NCBI RefSeq assembly: GCF_006345805.1
Contig: NC_042999.1
Location: 121,148,001 to 121,212,000, forward strand
Length of the DNA: 64,000 nt
Source: Octopus sinensis
Taxonomy: Eukaryota
Direction of reading: 5' to 3'
Shown here: in pieces, positions 27,805 through 41,347 of the stretch
Layout of the letters: every line of letters begins with the position of its first letter
Position numbering within the stretch: the first letter of the stretch is position 1
Translations under genes and position numbers: made by a program
The notes under the pieces: generated by a model
The model's input: only the letters and a program-made list of their open reading frames with translations
The model's database searches: none
What the model was told of the DNA's origin: nothing

Positions 27805-27972
<168 letters not shown>

Positions 27973-27999
27973 TAACAGAATGAGATAAAAAAAAATCCA

Positions 28000-28350
28000 A
28001 GGCTGTGAAAGATTTCATAACATTTATAAAGAGAAGGTCTTACAGCTGCTTCCGAGATATTTTATATATCCCATCATCGGAGACGGTGCGAGAAAATGGT
28101 TAAGCAATAGTTATTCTAGCGATATGAAATAGAGAGGAAATTGGAGGAATGAAAATAGACGTGAGATATGCACGGATACTGTATCTGCGGTTCCATTATT
28201 TAAGCAGAATGGTATACTTATAAGTTTCCTGTGCCTTGTGTGAAAGTTACAGTAGTATTTAAAATTGGTCATTCCAAGCATAGAGTTTGTAAACCGTGTT
28301 ATTGGATCGAGGGTTTTTTTGAAGTGACTTAAAAGTTGGGAATGTATTTG
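28000..28350 (-). mobile_element. Decayed Penelope-like 3' end with pseudo-LTR-type ribozyme motif
   Basis: Weak GIY-YIG C-terminal-like residue pattern followed by a hammerhead-like motif. Confidence 0.45.
28037..28084 (-). ncRNA. Degenerate minimal type I hammerhead ribozyme
   Basis: GTCT-CCGATGA-T-GGGATAT(ATAAA)ATATCTC-GGAAG-CAGCTG-TA-AGAC. Stems I and II pair and stem III is palindromic, but the GAAA core is mutated. Confidence 0.5.
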
Positions 28351-28478
28351 TAAAGTGAAATCAAAAACAGGAAGAGAGAAAGAAAAAAGAAAAAAGCGGG
28401 GAGAAAGATGATAAAGAATTGAAGAGAGGGAAAGTGTACTGGCTAGTGGTCAGTCAGGAGAAATTGGTAGAAGGAATA

Positions 28479-28485
<7 letters not shown>

Positions 28486-28543
<58 letters not shown>
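28486..28543. repeat. (GA)n microsatellite
   Basis: Direct reading. Confidence 0.95.
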
Positions 28544-28546
<3 letters not shown>

Positions 28547-28699
28547 TATGAGTGTGTAAAGGGATGGGAGGGTAAAGAGTAAAGGAGTGTAAGGTATGTA
28601 ATGATAGAGCCTAGGTGAAGGGCAGAGAGAGTGGGGGAGGGGTAGTAAAATGGGGAATAAAGAATTTGGGAATATAGGTTAGGGTGCTTAGTGGGAGAA

Positions 28700-29555
28700 T
28701 ATATATATATATGTGAAGATTATACACATGCATACATTAGACATGTATATAGACATTCACACACATCAACACATACATACGCATACAAAACTCATGCATG
28801 TTACATGCATCCCCGTATATACACACTCATTGGTATCTAATTTTTACATATATAAAAATTCTTGCATACATAGAGGCATGCATGTAGGCTTGCACATACG
28901 TATAATTGTATGTGCGTGTACACATATATACACGCACGCACGCATATACACGTACCACACATACTCATATATAAATTCGTGCTTAGATAAAATATCTATA
29001 CCTAGAATCACATAAATTCACATATACCCGCTTGTATTCCTATAAATGCATACATATTTATTTCTTTATTGCCCACAGGGGGCTAAACATAGAGGGAACA
29101 AACAAAAAGGCATACATATACACGCGCAACACGCGTATGCACGCATACACATATATACCCGTGTATATACATATATATATACATACACACCTACATACGT
29201 ATGCAGACTAGTACATAATGCATACAAACGCATATATACACACGCATATGTATACACACACACACACACACATATACCCATACATACCCATATACATCTA
29301 TACACATACATAACACATACACATACATATATATATGTATATACGCACACACATATATACGTGTATCTCTATGTAATATTATCCAAGCACACGCAGGTAC
29401 ATACACCTTGCATACATACATACATACATGCATACATACATACATACATACATACATACATACATACATACATACATACATACATACATACATTCATACA
29501 TTCATACATGCGTACGTACATACGTATGTACGTATATATATATACAAATATAATT
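28700..29555. repeat. CA/TA/TACA-rich low-complexity tract
   Basis: Direct reading; explains ORFs 28713-29561. Confidence 0.85.
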
Positions 29556-29569
29556 AAATGATTGTGATA

Positions 29570-30778
29570 TTCAAGTATGAAAGAGGAATTAGGTAAGGAT
29601 TAGGTGTTAAAATGTAGAATATAAGGTTATTGGGATTACCTAAGGTTATTGTGGAAATATACTGTATGGTCGTTTAGGCATTTGGATTTGTGGTAGAATT
29701 TGAATGTGTGAAAAAAGCGGTGGTTGCATGTGCTTAGTGCCTCGTTATGTTTATTTAGAAGTGTTGGAGAGTTGTACTCTAATATGTGAAGCGCCTCCTT
29801 CAGGCAAAGCTTGCAGATTGAGCGTTGACCTCGGTAGGGAAGCTCTGAATCCAGTATGGACCATGATAAAGTATGGGGTATATTTGTATTTTTGAGATGT
29901 AGTATGTGGTTGGCGAGTGTTGTAGATTTACTATGTTTATCGTATCTAAAAGAATGGAGGTGAGCGACATATCGCTGCTTAAAATTTTTGGTTGATCCTA
30001 TGTATATGGCTGTAGAGTTGTGTAATAGATTAAGGACAGTGCATTTGTAAATTACATTATATCTTCTGCAATGAGTTTGTAACGGGCAGATGGTTCCTGA
30101 ACGGCAGTTACAATTGGGTGAATTTTGGGGATTGTTATCAGGAATGGAGGAAGTAATATTGTAAGAGGAGAGGTTAGAGAAGGGGTAGAAAGGTCTAAAT
30201 TATTAGTATTATTAACGTTACCATTACCATCATTGTTATTATTACTATTGTTGTTATTAATTGTACTATTTGTAAGAATGATAGAGATTGTGGTGGTGTT
30301 CCGGGTAGTGTCAGTAGGATGGGTTGGGTTGTGGTTTAATGTAAGGGTCTCTGTGTTAGAGCTGTGTGTGTGTTGAGCGTTCGTATGTCTAGAGTTGTAA
30401 TTATGTGAGTTTTGATAGTAAAGAGAAATCTTTTGTTTATTAGAGGCTGCTACAATATATTCGAAGTTGGGTGGGGAAGAATAGCAGAGTTTCTGGGTGG
30501 ATCTATTAAAGATAGAATGATATTTATGTTGCCGAGGGAAATTAGAGTCTAGTATTTTAAAGAAGGATTTAGCTAAGTTCTTAACATTAAGTAAGAATGG
30601 GGGTGTGTACCACAGAATAGAGCATCCGCCGCTTTTTTAAGGGTGTCTTGGAGTTGTGCTATCTAAGTTTTGAGATAAAGGAGTGCCATCTATATTTTTG
30701 GAGAATGGAGGTGGGTGGCAAGGCCTGTTGTTAGCTGTTTTAGTTGTTTTAGTTTTTGAACTAGTGTGGGATCCAGGT
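29570..30778 (-). mobile_element. Penelope-like element 2: C-terminal part with GIY-YIG endonuclease (Hydra-group-like)
   Basis: ILWYTPPF..FFKILDSNFP..HKYHSIFNRSTQKLCYS..N, an N/T-rich linker, then NCNCRSGTICPL..C..NVIY..IYIGST..FKQRY..H..SF..W.I..CKLCLKE..LLNK..CNH. Only one frameshift was found. The ORF track misses it because the frame lacks ATG/GTG/TTG. Confidence 0.85.
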
Positions 30779-32995
30779 TTTAATTTTGGTGCGAACTTCT
30801 TTATGAAGTGCAGCTCCATTGTTTTTCGGAAGTTTGGGTCGTTCCTTAAGCATTTGTAGAAAGGTAAGATTTTGTATTTTCCTTCTTCACATATTTCCAA
30901 ATGTTTACTAGGTGGAATTTTCCGTAGCTCCTCATGTCGGATGTGTTGTCTGTGGATTCTTGCGCGTTGGCAAAGGGAATTATTGTTTTCGCCAATATGA
31001 TTCTCCTTCCATTTGGAGCAAGTAATGCAGTATATGAGCTTTTGGTTTCGCAGTTCATATTTGCATTTACTTTGAATAAGAATTCACTCTCTATATATTT
31101 GTAGTTGTTGTTATTGTATATTCCACATCTTCTGTCTCTATATTCCTTTACGGAGAATTTTGTTTCATTCTTTTATGTGAATTTTGCCCCTGTAAGTTGT
31201 TTTTCAAGTTTTTTCCTGGCGTTTACAATTTCACAGGTAGCTTTTGTCTACCAGTTTTCTCATTTTGGGGCGCTGTAAAAGTATAGGTAGGTTTGAGTGT
31301 ATAACGTGGAAAATATTGGTTATTCCAGTGATGTATGTGTTAATAAATGGAATACTAAGTTCCTTACTTTTTTTTTTGGGAGTCCTATGTTATGTGATGT
31401 CTAATTTCATTGCTTTCGAGATTCCGTTATTTATAAGTTCCACAGAGTAATTTTGTTCTTGTAAGAAACTTTTGAGTTCATGAAGTCTAATTGGTGTATT
31501 TGTGGGTCAGTTACTATGGTACAGATGCGTCTTTCCATACTGTATGGAATGTTCCTTTTGAAGTGTGAGGGGTAGCAAGAGTAGAAATTTAAATATTGGT
31601 GGGTGTCTGTAAAATATGTCTATTGTGACAGTGGAGTTGTTTATTTTGATGCGAATGTTTAGGAATGGTAGTTCATGGTAGCTGGTTTCTGTGGTGAATT
31701 TGATAGATGGGTGCAGTGTGTTGTGAAATGTTTGTAGGTCTTCCTTTGGTCTATTCTTAAAAGTGAAGCAGTCACGAGGTAGCGCTTCCACTTTTTCATC
31801 ATGTTTTCCTTGAAGTTGTGATCAAAGGTTTTTCCTACTTCTTCGTAAAGTCTACCTTTAAGGTAAACCATAACTAGCTTGGCATATGAGGGAACAAATT
31901 TCGTACCCATAGTCGTGTCCTTTAACTATCGGTATATCTTATCAATTCTGAAGGTGTTTTCTTCTAGTACTAGACGAGTGGCTTTGGTAATGAAGGCTAT
32001 TTTGAAACGTTCATCTATACATCCTCTGTATTTCTCTACCCAGTGTTTGACTGCTTCCAGGTCTAAGGTATGCGGCATGTTGGTGTAGCGGTTAGTGACA
32101 GCAAAACTTGTAAGTATAGTACCTCCTGGGACAGTAGTTGGGATGTGTTTGAGAAAGTCCATGTTATCCCTATATAGCTAGGTATTAATGGACATAAGGG
32201 TTTGAGGAGTATGTATAAGAGGCGAATCAGTTGTTGTGTTGGGTTTGGGGCCCAGAAACTATCGGTCTCATTTTGAGGTCTGTGTATTTTTACGTATTGA
32301 CTCCTCTATTCATTTATGGCCCTCTGTGTCTCGGAACTTTTGTGGATTTGGGGCAATCCATAGAAATTGCTCTCTTTGATTATGGAGTTGCATAGGTAGT
32401 CCTTTTCTCTTTACATGTGAAGGAATTCTGGTATTCGTTAATTAATGTTCTGATTTTATTCAGTGTTGTTTTTTCCGGGTATCTTGATTCTTCCTTATAG
32501 TCTATTTGATCTGTTAAAATTTATAGTATCGTTTCTCTGTAGTAGTCTATGTCCATGATTACTATCGTTCCACCCTTGTTGGCTGTCGTTAGGATGATTG
32601 AATTGTCGTTCTTTAGTTTTTGTAAAGCTTCCTTTTCTCCTTCACGAAGGTTCTGTTTGCATTTATGGGTACTAAGAGGGAATTTTGAGATTGTTTCTAT
32701 ATATGTATTCAGGTGTTTATCGCTTCCCTTGTAAGGGGTGAACTGAGATTTTTTCTTACGATTGATTCGTCCTCTATTTTCTTGTTGTCGAATAATTCTA
32801 TAAGACGGAGGTGACGGTTGAAGTTCTCAATATCGGTTTTTAGTTCTATGAGATTCCGAGTGGGTGTCGGGGTAAATTTGAAACCTTTTAGTAAGAAACT
32901 CATTTCATTTTCGTTGAGGTCTCTATTTGATAAATTCATAATTTTAGGCTCAATGTGTTTTGTGGGTTCATTAGGAACTTCTGTTGTATTGGATC
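30779..32995 (-). mobile_element. Penelope-like element 1 (Neptune-like), degenerate RT plus GIY-YIG
   Basis: NLSNRDLNENEMSFLLKGFKFTPTP, SFAVTNRYTNMPH (SFDV.SLYTNIPH-like), MGTKFVPSYA, WKRYL, DRRCG linker, NCETK, and R..MELHFIKKFAPKL. Many stops and frameshifts. Confidence 0.9.
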
Positions 32996-33153
32996 TGGAG
33001 CACAGTTGTAGTATATATATATATATAACATCCTATTTCTGTATGACCTGATACTGAAGTAAATAGTACAAACGCGAAATCGGTCGACTATCATAATATT
33101 CTATTCGTTAAAATATATTAACAAAATATAGATTGTGTGCATTTTCTTCCTTT

Positions 33154-33194
<41 letters not shown>

Positions 33195-33197
<3 letters not shown>

Positions 33198-33295
33198 TCC
33201 GCCGAGGTTGACTTTGTCTTTCATCCTTTGAGGGTCGATAAATTAAGTACCAGTGAAATACTGGGGTCGATGTAATCGACTAGTCCCCCGCCCCG
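33195..33295 (+). mobile_element. SINE family A core fragment
   Basis: CCGCCGAGGTTGACTTTGTCTTTCATCCTTTGAGGGTCGATAAATTAAGTACC, between TA tracts. Confidence 0.8.
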
Positions 33296-35933
33296 AATAT
33301 ATATATATATCATAAAGACATACACGTTATTTGCATGTACTCACAGATACGATAAAACCAAGTTCTAGAATAGTATATTCTCGCCAGAATGTGTAATGCT
33401 GAAAACTAAAATTCTAGTACAAATTGCTTATATAATCTCTTTAGTAACGCTTTCTTTCACCAAATAATAACTTACTGAGTAGTAGCAAATATTTATGAGC
33501 ATGAATAAAATAAATACCAATAAAGTACTTAAAAAACTATTCAAACTCATGAGAACAAGGAATACGATTCTAACATCTCCATCTCTTAATACAAATTGTG
33601 ACAAAGTTTGTAACTATCTAATAAGGAAAATTTGCATTTATATATTTCAATAAGGTATTCTAATAGAAATCTACAATAATAGATGGTAAATATGATTTGC
33701 ATTTGCCTTTTGTGTCACAAATATATTTCAGTAAATAAGTTAGATAACAGAAATATTAAATGTGCAACTGTGTTGAGGAGAATTTAGTTAAATATGTTTA
33801 CATTATCAATGAAAATATAAAAGCAGCAAATTTTATTGAGTGATATCATTTTTATTGACATTGATATAAAATACATGTTTTTTTTTTTGTTTTTTTTGTA
33901 ACTTTATTATTGTCAGTGTATTAGAGAACTCCTTTTTTGCATTAACAGAATGATTTAATATTGCATGCACTTCCATATTTTGTTACAAGATATGTATAAC
34001 TTCGTGTGGTCTATATATATGGTCGCCATGTTTCATTTTTTTTATATATTATAAGACAGTGAGAGAACACCCAGAAAGTTTTCATTAAAACAGGAAAAAT
34101 ATATGGAATCAAGAAAATAAATTTCAATTTCCATATAGTATATCGTTAACTAAAATTTAAAAGAAAACAACATTTGTATATGTTTATCTTCACACTTTAA
34201 AAACAGATTTAACAAATAACAGTTTCAGATTCTGTAAATTTCCCATTCTAGCTCTCAAAATTTTCCCCCATGAACATTTACCTAATACTTGATTGAAACC
34301 AATAACAAATGAAGATATATATATATATATTACACATATATATATACATATACAATAACACAGAGTATTAATATAGGAATACCAACATTTTTACATGTTT
34401 TGAACAAAAAAATAAGAGACATTGCATAGCTGCCAACTTTCTAAAAATTAATATTAAAAAAAAGGAAACACAAAATCTTATGCAAAGCCAACTATTTAAG
34501 TCCTATTTCAAAGCAAATTTTTTTAGTCGTTATTTTCGCTAGTATTTAAATTTAATGCAAACAGTCGAAATGGAATTTTTTGATGTTATAATGTTATAGA
34601 ATGAAATGAAAACAAAAAAAAGTGTTAAAAATAATAGTTGGATGTTGCATGATTGAAAATAAATATTTTTTAAAAAGTAATATGCAAAACAAAAAGACAT
34701 CTAAACACTTATGAGAAACATGCCAAAACATTCTTTAGTAGACAAGTTAGCAGTTTTATTGTTATACATATTAACATGTCTTCTTTCTGCTATAAAGAAC
34801 TGATACATCTTTCCTACCACAATAACTATATTTTGGTTACAACTGCAATGAAAGCTTATGTAGATCTGTCCACACATAATTTTGAGGTTGCCACCCCTTT
34901 AGTTTTAGACTTCAACAGAGAGGAAATGATACCTATTGCAGTTCATTATAGAAGTTACAAAGACCCACAGTAAAAAATATAGCTACACAGCAACTTTAAT
35001 CTTGTGACTGGAGCAAAAAATATGAATTTGCTGACCAAACAATATTCTACTAATTTAACAAAATGTCTAATGGATAATGTTAGTGATACTAATATTAGAT
35101 ATAAAATTAACTGATTAGATGTATATGTAATTGAAATTGATGAAAACGTGGGGTTTTAAGTTAATGCAAGACAATCATTGTCATATATTTTCCATTAACA
35201 CAAGGCATGAATTCTATGAAACCAAATCTCAGCTTGGAATTTAAATAGAATATGGCTTTGATGAAATTGTATTATAACACTAGAAAAATTTTAATTTAAG
35301 AAAAACATAAACTTCATATCTTGTAAAATACTTATAGGTAATTTGCAGCTTTCGATCATTCAATCGTAACTAGTATCTTTTGCATCAATAAAAAAGAACT
35401 GACTTAAGCTTTCAGCATGGATTCCTTTTAAAAACATTTTAATACAACACCCTTCGTGTTACATTTTATAACAGGACATTATTACACTTTCATTAACACA
35501 TTTCCTCTATTTCAAAAGGAAATATTTGATAAAATCAATTCAAACCAATAAATTTAGAAAACAAATATTGATGATAACAATAACAATACAGTATATAAAA
35601 TACTGCATATCCACATGAATTAGGAAGATATCTAAAATAAAAATGATGTCCAGTTTATATGTATTTTCCAGTATAATAACTATAAATGCCTGAAGGTAAC
35701 ATAAAATGTTTGGCGAGATTGTAATATTACATATACAGATATAATACACACACAAGCACATGAGAGGTGTCTGAGTGTATGTTGTGGACATTTATGTGTA
35801 TGAAAACAGCACTCAATAAATTGAGTAGAGTTCATATTTCATAGTATACTGTTAATGATTCAGTCTTTCATTACTCAGCTTCACACACATACAAATTATA
35901 TGCATGATCTTTCAAATATCCTATATGTGCGCA

Positions 35934-35965
<32 letters not shown>

Positions 35966-38931
35966 CATACATATATATATATACATATATATACACATAT
36001 ACATATATATACACATATACACACATATATACACATATATACATACACACACGTATGTATATCTAGATGGTCCTGATTACTCTGACATTATGAATTAACA
36101 ACTCTTTCAGTCAAATAATGTTTCAGCAGCCATCACTTACAAATAGAAACAGACAATAACAATAGTTACAAATCATGTTTGATTAAATGCTTGTTGTGTG
36201 AAAGTATTGGTTAAAGTAAAAAGAAAAAAGGAATGTTCTAAACATTATTTAACTATCAAGTGACAGTTCAGCAATATATGCACAAATGAGAGCTTATGAA
36301 ACAGTGTTCAATTAGGAAAGTAAAACACTAAGAATAAAACATATTTTCAAATGACACTATTGTTTGGTCTATGAAAACTGTAGTAAAAAATTCTATTAAA
36401 CATCAAAATAAAAATTAATTAAAGAATAATAGAATATTTATACATTTTGTATGTGTGAGTAACAGATAAACTTCTTTAAGCTATATCATGACTGAAGTAT
36501 ATTAAACTTATGTTTAAATCATTTTTTGAAGAATTCCCTTATATGAAAAGGCTACATCCATAGATACTATATGCACGTGTGTGTATGTGTTTTGTAATAA
36601 ATATACTAACCTCAACTGAAACTATCTAAATTTGTTATAAAATAAATAAGTTTCAAAGCACAGAATCACCTCACAGATTCAAACCACAACCTTTGGTCTA
36701 AAAACTTAAAACTATAAAGTATACGGCTGTTTCATGGTTTTCATCACATATATATATAAATGAAATGATGAGTCAACATATATTTCTTACAGTATAGCAA
36801 CTGTGTTATACTGAAAGTGAAAAGTAGTAAGTAAATTAATTTGAACCTGCAGACAAGTTTTCTTTGCATTTGAATTCCACAATTTAAAATGAAATTTTAT
36901 TGCTAAAACTATCACATTGCTTTTCATAGAAAACATTTATATATGTATATAAAATAAAGAAGTTATAAGTAAAAACTGATTAAAACTATATTGAATCTTT
37001 TTAAAAAGAAAGGCAATGAGAAATTAACAACAGTAATGTGATTAATCAACAGATTATTGGATTCTATTGGTCTTTATTATGAATTCCATATACTCAATTT
37101 TACATATTTGAGTATTGGGGAAATGAATAATCTCTTTAATTGCTTAATTAATAATTGATAAATAAATTAAGACTGCAAATAGTGTTAATTATCTCACATT
37201 TCTAATGGTAATATATGTATAATGAAGTATCTTAAGATAAGTTATAATAGTGGGGGACAGCAGTCTTATAAGTGAAAAAAAATGTATTCTGACAAGTTTC
37301 ATATCAAAGTATACTGCTAACTTATTTCAAAGAAATTTAACCAAGAGTTTAGTGACACTTGAAACAATGTGATGATGACTAAAAAGAAAGAATATTTGAT
37401 TTTCATAAAGGTGAGATTTTACCACATAAACTACCAATGATAATCTTTTCAGGAGTATCTGTTAAATTTCCTGTGCCTGCAGATATCGTTACATTTACTA
37501 AGAAGAGGAATTCTTATCTAATGCCATCCACTATTCAGGATGAGCATGTAAAATTTATAAAGAGTTATCTAATCTATAGGCTGAAAAATATGAAAATAAC
37601 AATCATAGATATTTTATTATGTTTAGAAAATTTATCATATTACATAAAATGCTAAAAAAAAAAGTGAATTTACTACATATGTAAAATAATTTATATGTAT
37701 TTAATGTTATGTAGGCATGTAAATTTTCAGTGATATATAATTTTCAAAAGCTTTCTTCCAATAACTGTGTGATTTGAATTTACATTGTTTTCACCTAATT
37801 AATTTCAAAAGATTTTTTATGGCTAAATTATATTTTTGTGGAGCAAAGTGATTTACATATGAACACTAAATATTTTATTGACTATAGAGGTATAATAGGA
37901 AAATTTCAAACCTGGCAGGATTAGAAATAGGAAGAGTGAGCACTGAAATAGTATCATAAAGTAACTAGTCCAATTGTCTATCAATTATGCCAACACACTT
38001 CCCTAATGTTCAAATGATACTGAACACTTTTGTAAATAAATTTACTGTAATAAACCAAAATATCTATTCTCATTGCAGTAGACATATTCATTAATCATTT
38101 GGAATAATGATGCTTAAATCCTGTATACAATCACAATTTCTGCCTTGATAAATCTTTATGAGCAATTATCAATATTTGTATTTATCTGTTTAAAAGTTTA
38201 ATTTCATTCGTTGTTTACGCTCACCTTTTTAATCATTTATCTTACAAATTTAACAAATAAATTCATATGCATGATACATGGTAAGTTGGCATTTTTACAT
38301 CATATATTCAAGCTTAATTTTCCAGTGATATTGTGTGTATATATATCAAAATCTTATGCATGTATACAAACTCACATACACACACACATACATATATTTA
38401 TGTAGAAATGTAAAATCCCATGCTCATAAACATATTTTCAGTGGTTGTTATAAAGTAAATATAAACTTCAACAAAAATCAGTATAATTTGAATATCATAC
38501 ATAATGTCATTTCTTAATCATTAATTTCATTCAACATCAGTATATTTGCTCAACATTTTTTTTTTTAGAGAACAGCATCATTGCTTACAGATATTAAGTT
38601 TTACAAAATAACTTGTGGATGTTACTTTTCGAGCATTTCCATGGTTTCCAGATTTTGTTTCTTGTTTTTATTCCTTCTTTTTAAGAAGTTTTAGCCCAAA
38701 AGTTTTAAAGGCCTTTAATTTAAGATGGCAGTAAAGAGGTTGTGTAAAACGAAATAATTCAATTTTTTTTTAAATGTTTCCTGTTGAATTTTATCTGCCA
38801 GCTTTTTAAATGACAAACTGGTTTTAGGTTAAGAGGTCACTTTTTCTGCAAAGTTCATCACATGAAAGTCCATAATTTCTTGAAATATTACGCAGACTAC
38901 TAACATTAGAATTGTCTTCAATTTTTCTACT

Positions 38932-38998
38932 TCATTTGTCTCGTACCATTGGTCTTTCATCTGTTTCACATATAACTCTCAATCTGATCCATCCTGCC
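38932..38998 (-). CDS. Five-TM membrane protein, terminal coding exon K ((R)AGWIRLRVICETDERPMVRDK*)
   Basis: Pyrimidine-rich TTATCAG acceptor, phase 2 matching exon J, TGA at 38934-38932. Confidence 0.7.
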
Positions 38999-39169
38999 CT
39001 GATAACAGCAAAGCAAAAAGAGAAGTAGAATTTAATCTAATTTTATAAATAAAAAGAAAACTATAAAAATATCAATAGAATGTTTCATTAAGGACAAATC
39101 AAATTGTAATTTTTCACAAATAAAAATAGGTAGTTATAACAAAGGAATTAGAAAAATCATTCAAGTTAC

Positions 39170-39331
39170 CTTTTCACATAGAGCCAAATCACAGTGCTAG
39201 TTAGATCCCAAAGAATGATAAATGACATATAAAGAAGAACAATGAAGCAACTGTCAGATATCATCTTTCTAACAGCATACAGGAAACTATCCATCTGTCG
39301 AGCAGCAACTCGAGAATGTTGGTCATCAACT
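39170..39331 (-). CDS. Exon J (VDDQHSRVAARQMDSFLYAVRKMISDSCFIVLLYMSFIILWDLTSTVIWLYVK; TM5)
   Basis: TTATAG acceptor, AG|GTAACT donor, phase 2-2, open. Confidence 0.85.
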
Positions 39332-41039
39332 CTATAACAAAAGGCAAATGTATCAGTAAATAATGTAAAATGTGTTATAATACATAATATATTACTTGCA
39401 TAACAAAAAGTATTTAGATTATTGAGGTATATAACAGAGTTACCTGTGATAGAATTTTTTCATATTTTACAATAGGCAATACAGTTAGGTTTCATAATGG
39501 ATACATTATGTAAGAAATCCTCTTAAAAGAAATAAATCTTTATTCCATTATTAATATAAAATGGAAGGAATTCATTATTTCCATCAAAATTATAAAGTAA
39601 TTCTTAAGTTCATTGGAAACAAAAGAGATATCAATGATGTCATTTTACATAGAGGTGATGCTTTAGACTGATATATCACTGAGATACATCACTTAACAAA
39701 TTGGATACATAAAGTTTATACTCTGTGCACAATAGAGAGCAAGTCTACCACAACCCACACCTCTGTGTACAGTAGTCAATCAGTCTAGGCTGAGTGGAAA
39801 CTTCAGTCTAGAATGAGATTTGAATTTCACTGAAATGCTTAATAGATAAATTGTAACCTGGTGGGCTCAATTAAAAAAGACAGGAGAAAAATGTATTGGT
39901 TATAGAGCATTTTACTTTGACATCTAAGATACTAAACTTGAAATCTTGTATTACAACTAACTGCAACTGTTGCTGAGTACAGAACTGTATGCAATGGCAA
40001 TTTAAATATGTTAATGTTTGAGACTGAAAAACAGAAACTAAACATTTTTCTGTATGAGAAACACGGAGCCTCAATTAATAAAGAACTTCCTGTCAAAAAA
40101 CTTCTATTTTCTTTCTCATTTTTTAGTGTTTGAACATCTTGGTAGACAACATTTCAAGTGAGTAAGAATTTAACAATATTATTTGTTAATGACTTAAATA
40201 AAGAAACAGAGGTTGAACTTAGAGATAGTTATCAACATGATATTTCATTGTCAACTGTGGACACCTGTGTGGAATTGATATGAGGATTTATTGATTCTGA
40301 GAAAGAATAGAGTGATTGCATATTGATCATTAGATCAATGCTTTTGTTAATGAATGGCAAGGATTAGAAGAAAAAAATTACTGATATATTCTAAATGAAA
40401 GGTCTTTCCATACTGCTGGATCTTTGAATGGAGGAGATAAAGGTATATGACAGAATGCCTTTTACAAATGGTTGCCGTGCAGCTTCCAAATTACAAAAAC
40501 TGTCAGAGTACAAATTCAGCTGAGACAGGAAATGGATGCCCAGGGATTGATATCTTTTTGCACATTTATGTGAAAACATGTATTGTCAACTTACCTATAT
40601 TCAACCTACTTGAACAGGTGAAAGTGATATGACAACAGGTAAAAACCAATAATAATTAACAACCACATTCACAATGCATATCAACAATCATTACATCTTA
40701 TCACTAAATTTTATTCAAATCCATACAATAGCTATATTTTTATGATATTTTCACTGTATTAACATTTCATGAAAATCTCTAATTTTTAAGAGAAGAGAAA
40801 GATTTATATAAAACACTAGAGGAATTTAACAGTGAAGTACATGAAACAACAGAAGAAATATTAATGAATAAGGTATATTAATAAATTTCAACAGAAAATA
40901 AATGAAAGTAAATTCTTGAGTTGAAGTAAAATTAGCATAAACTAGAACAATGAAAATCATGCTAATTAAAAAAAAAAAGGTAAAAATACTCATTATCATG
41001 GATATTTTATAAACGGTTTCTAAAAAATAAAGAACTTAC

Positions 41040-41347
41040 TTCTGGTATGTTTTTGGTTCAATAGGTGGGAACTTACACCCTTTCACTTCAACTTTGAAAT
41101 CTGATAAATCTCTAACAGTACACTTGGCATCAGGTAAATACCTCTGTAAGTATTCACAATAAGTAATGCTATGTGTCTTGGAGAGTTTTCGAACAGAATT
41201 CTGATACACATCATGCAAATAAAGATGTCTCTTTAAGTAAGAATTCATCCAGGCTTCTAACATTGGATATTCCATGGCGTTGATTTGAGTTGCATGCATA
41301 CGGATACGGCTGTTGATGTCAGCTCGACTCAGCTCCAAAAGACTAGT
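41040..41347 (-). CDS. Exon I (TSLLELSRADINSRIRMHATQ...GCKFPPIEPKTYQ)
   Basis: CTTTTAG acceptor, AA|GTAAGT donor, phase 0-2; corresponds to track ORF 41036..41338. Confidence 0.9.

Noticed and set aside
34776-34973. 65-aa plus-strand ORF
   Set aside because: Isolated, with no homology clue or partner exons.
39871-40640. ORFs 39871..40074 and 40391..40579, and an 11-nt micro-exon candidate in intron I-J
   Set aside because: Their phases do not fit, or they introduce stops. Exons I and J join cleanly without them.
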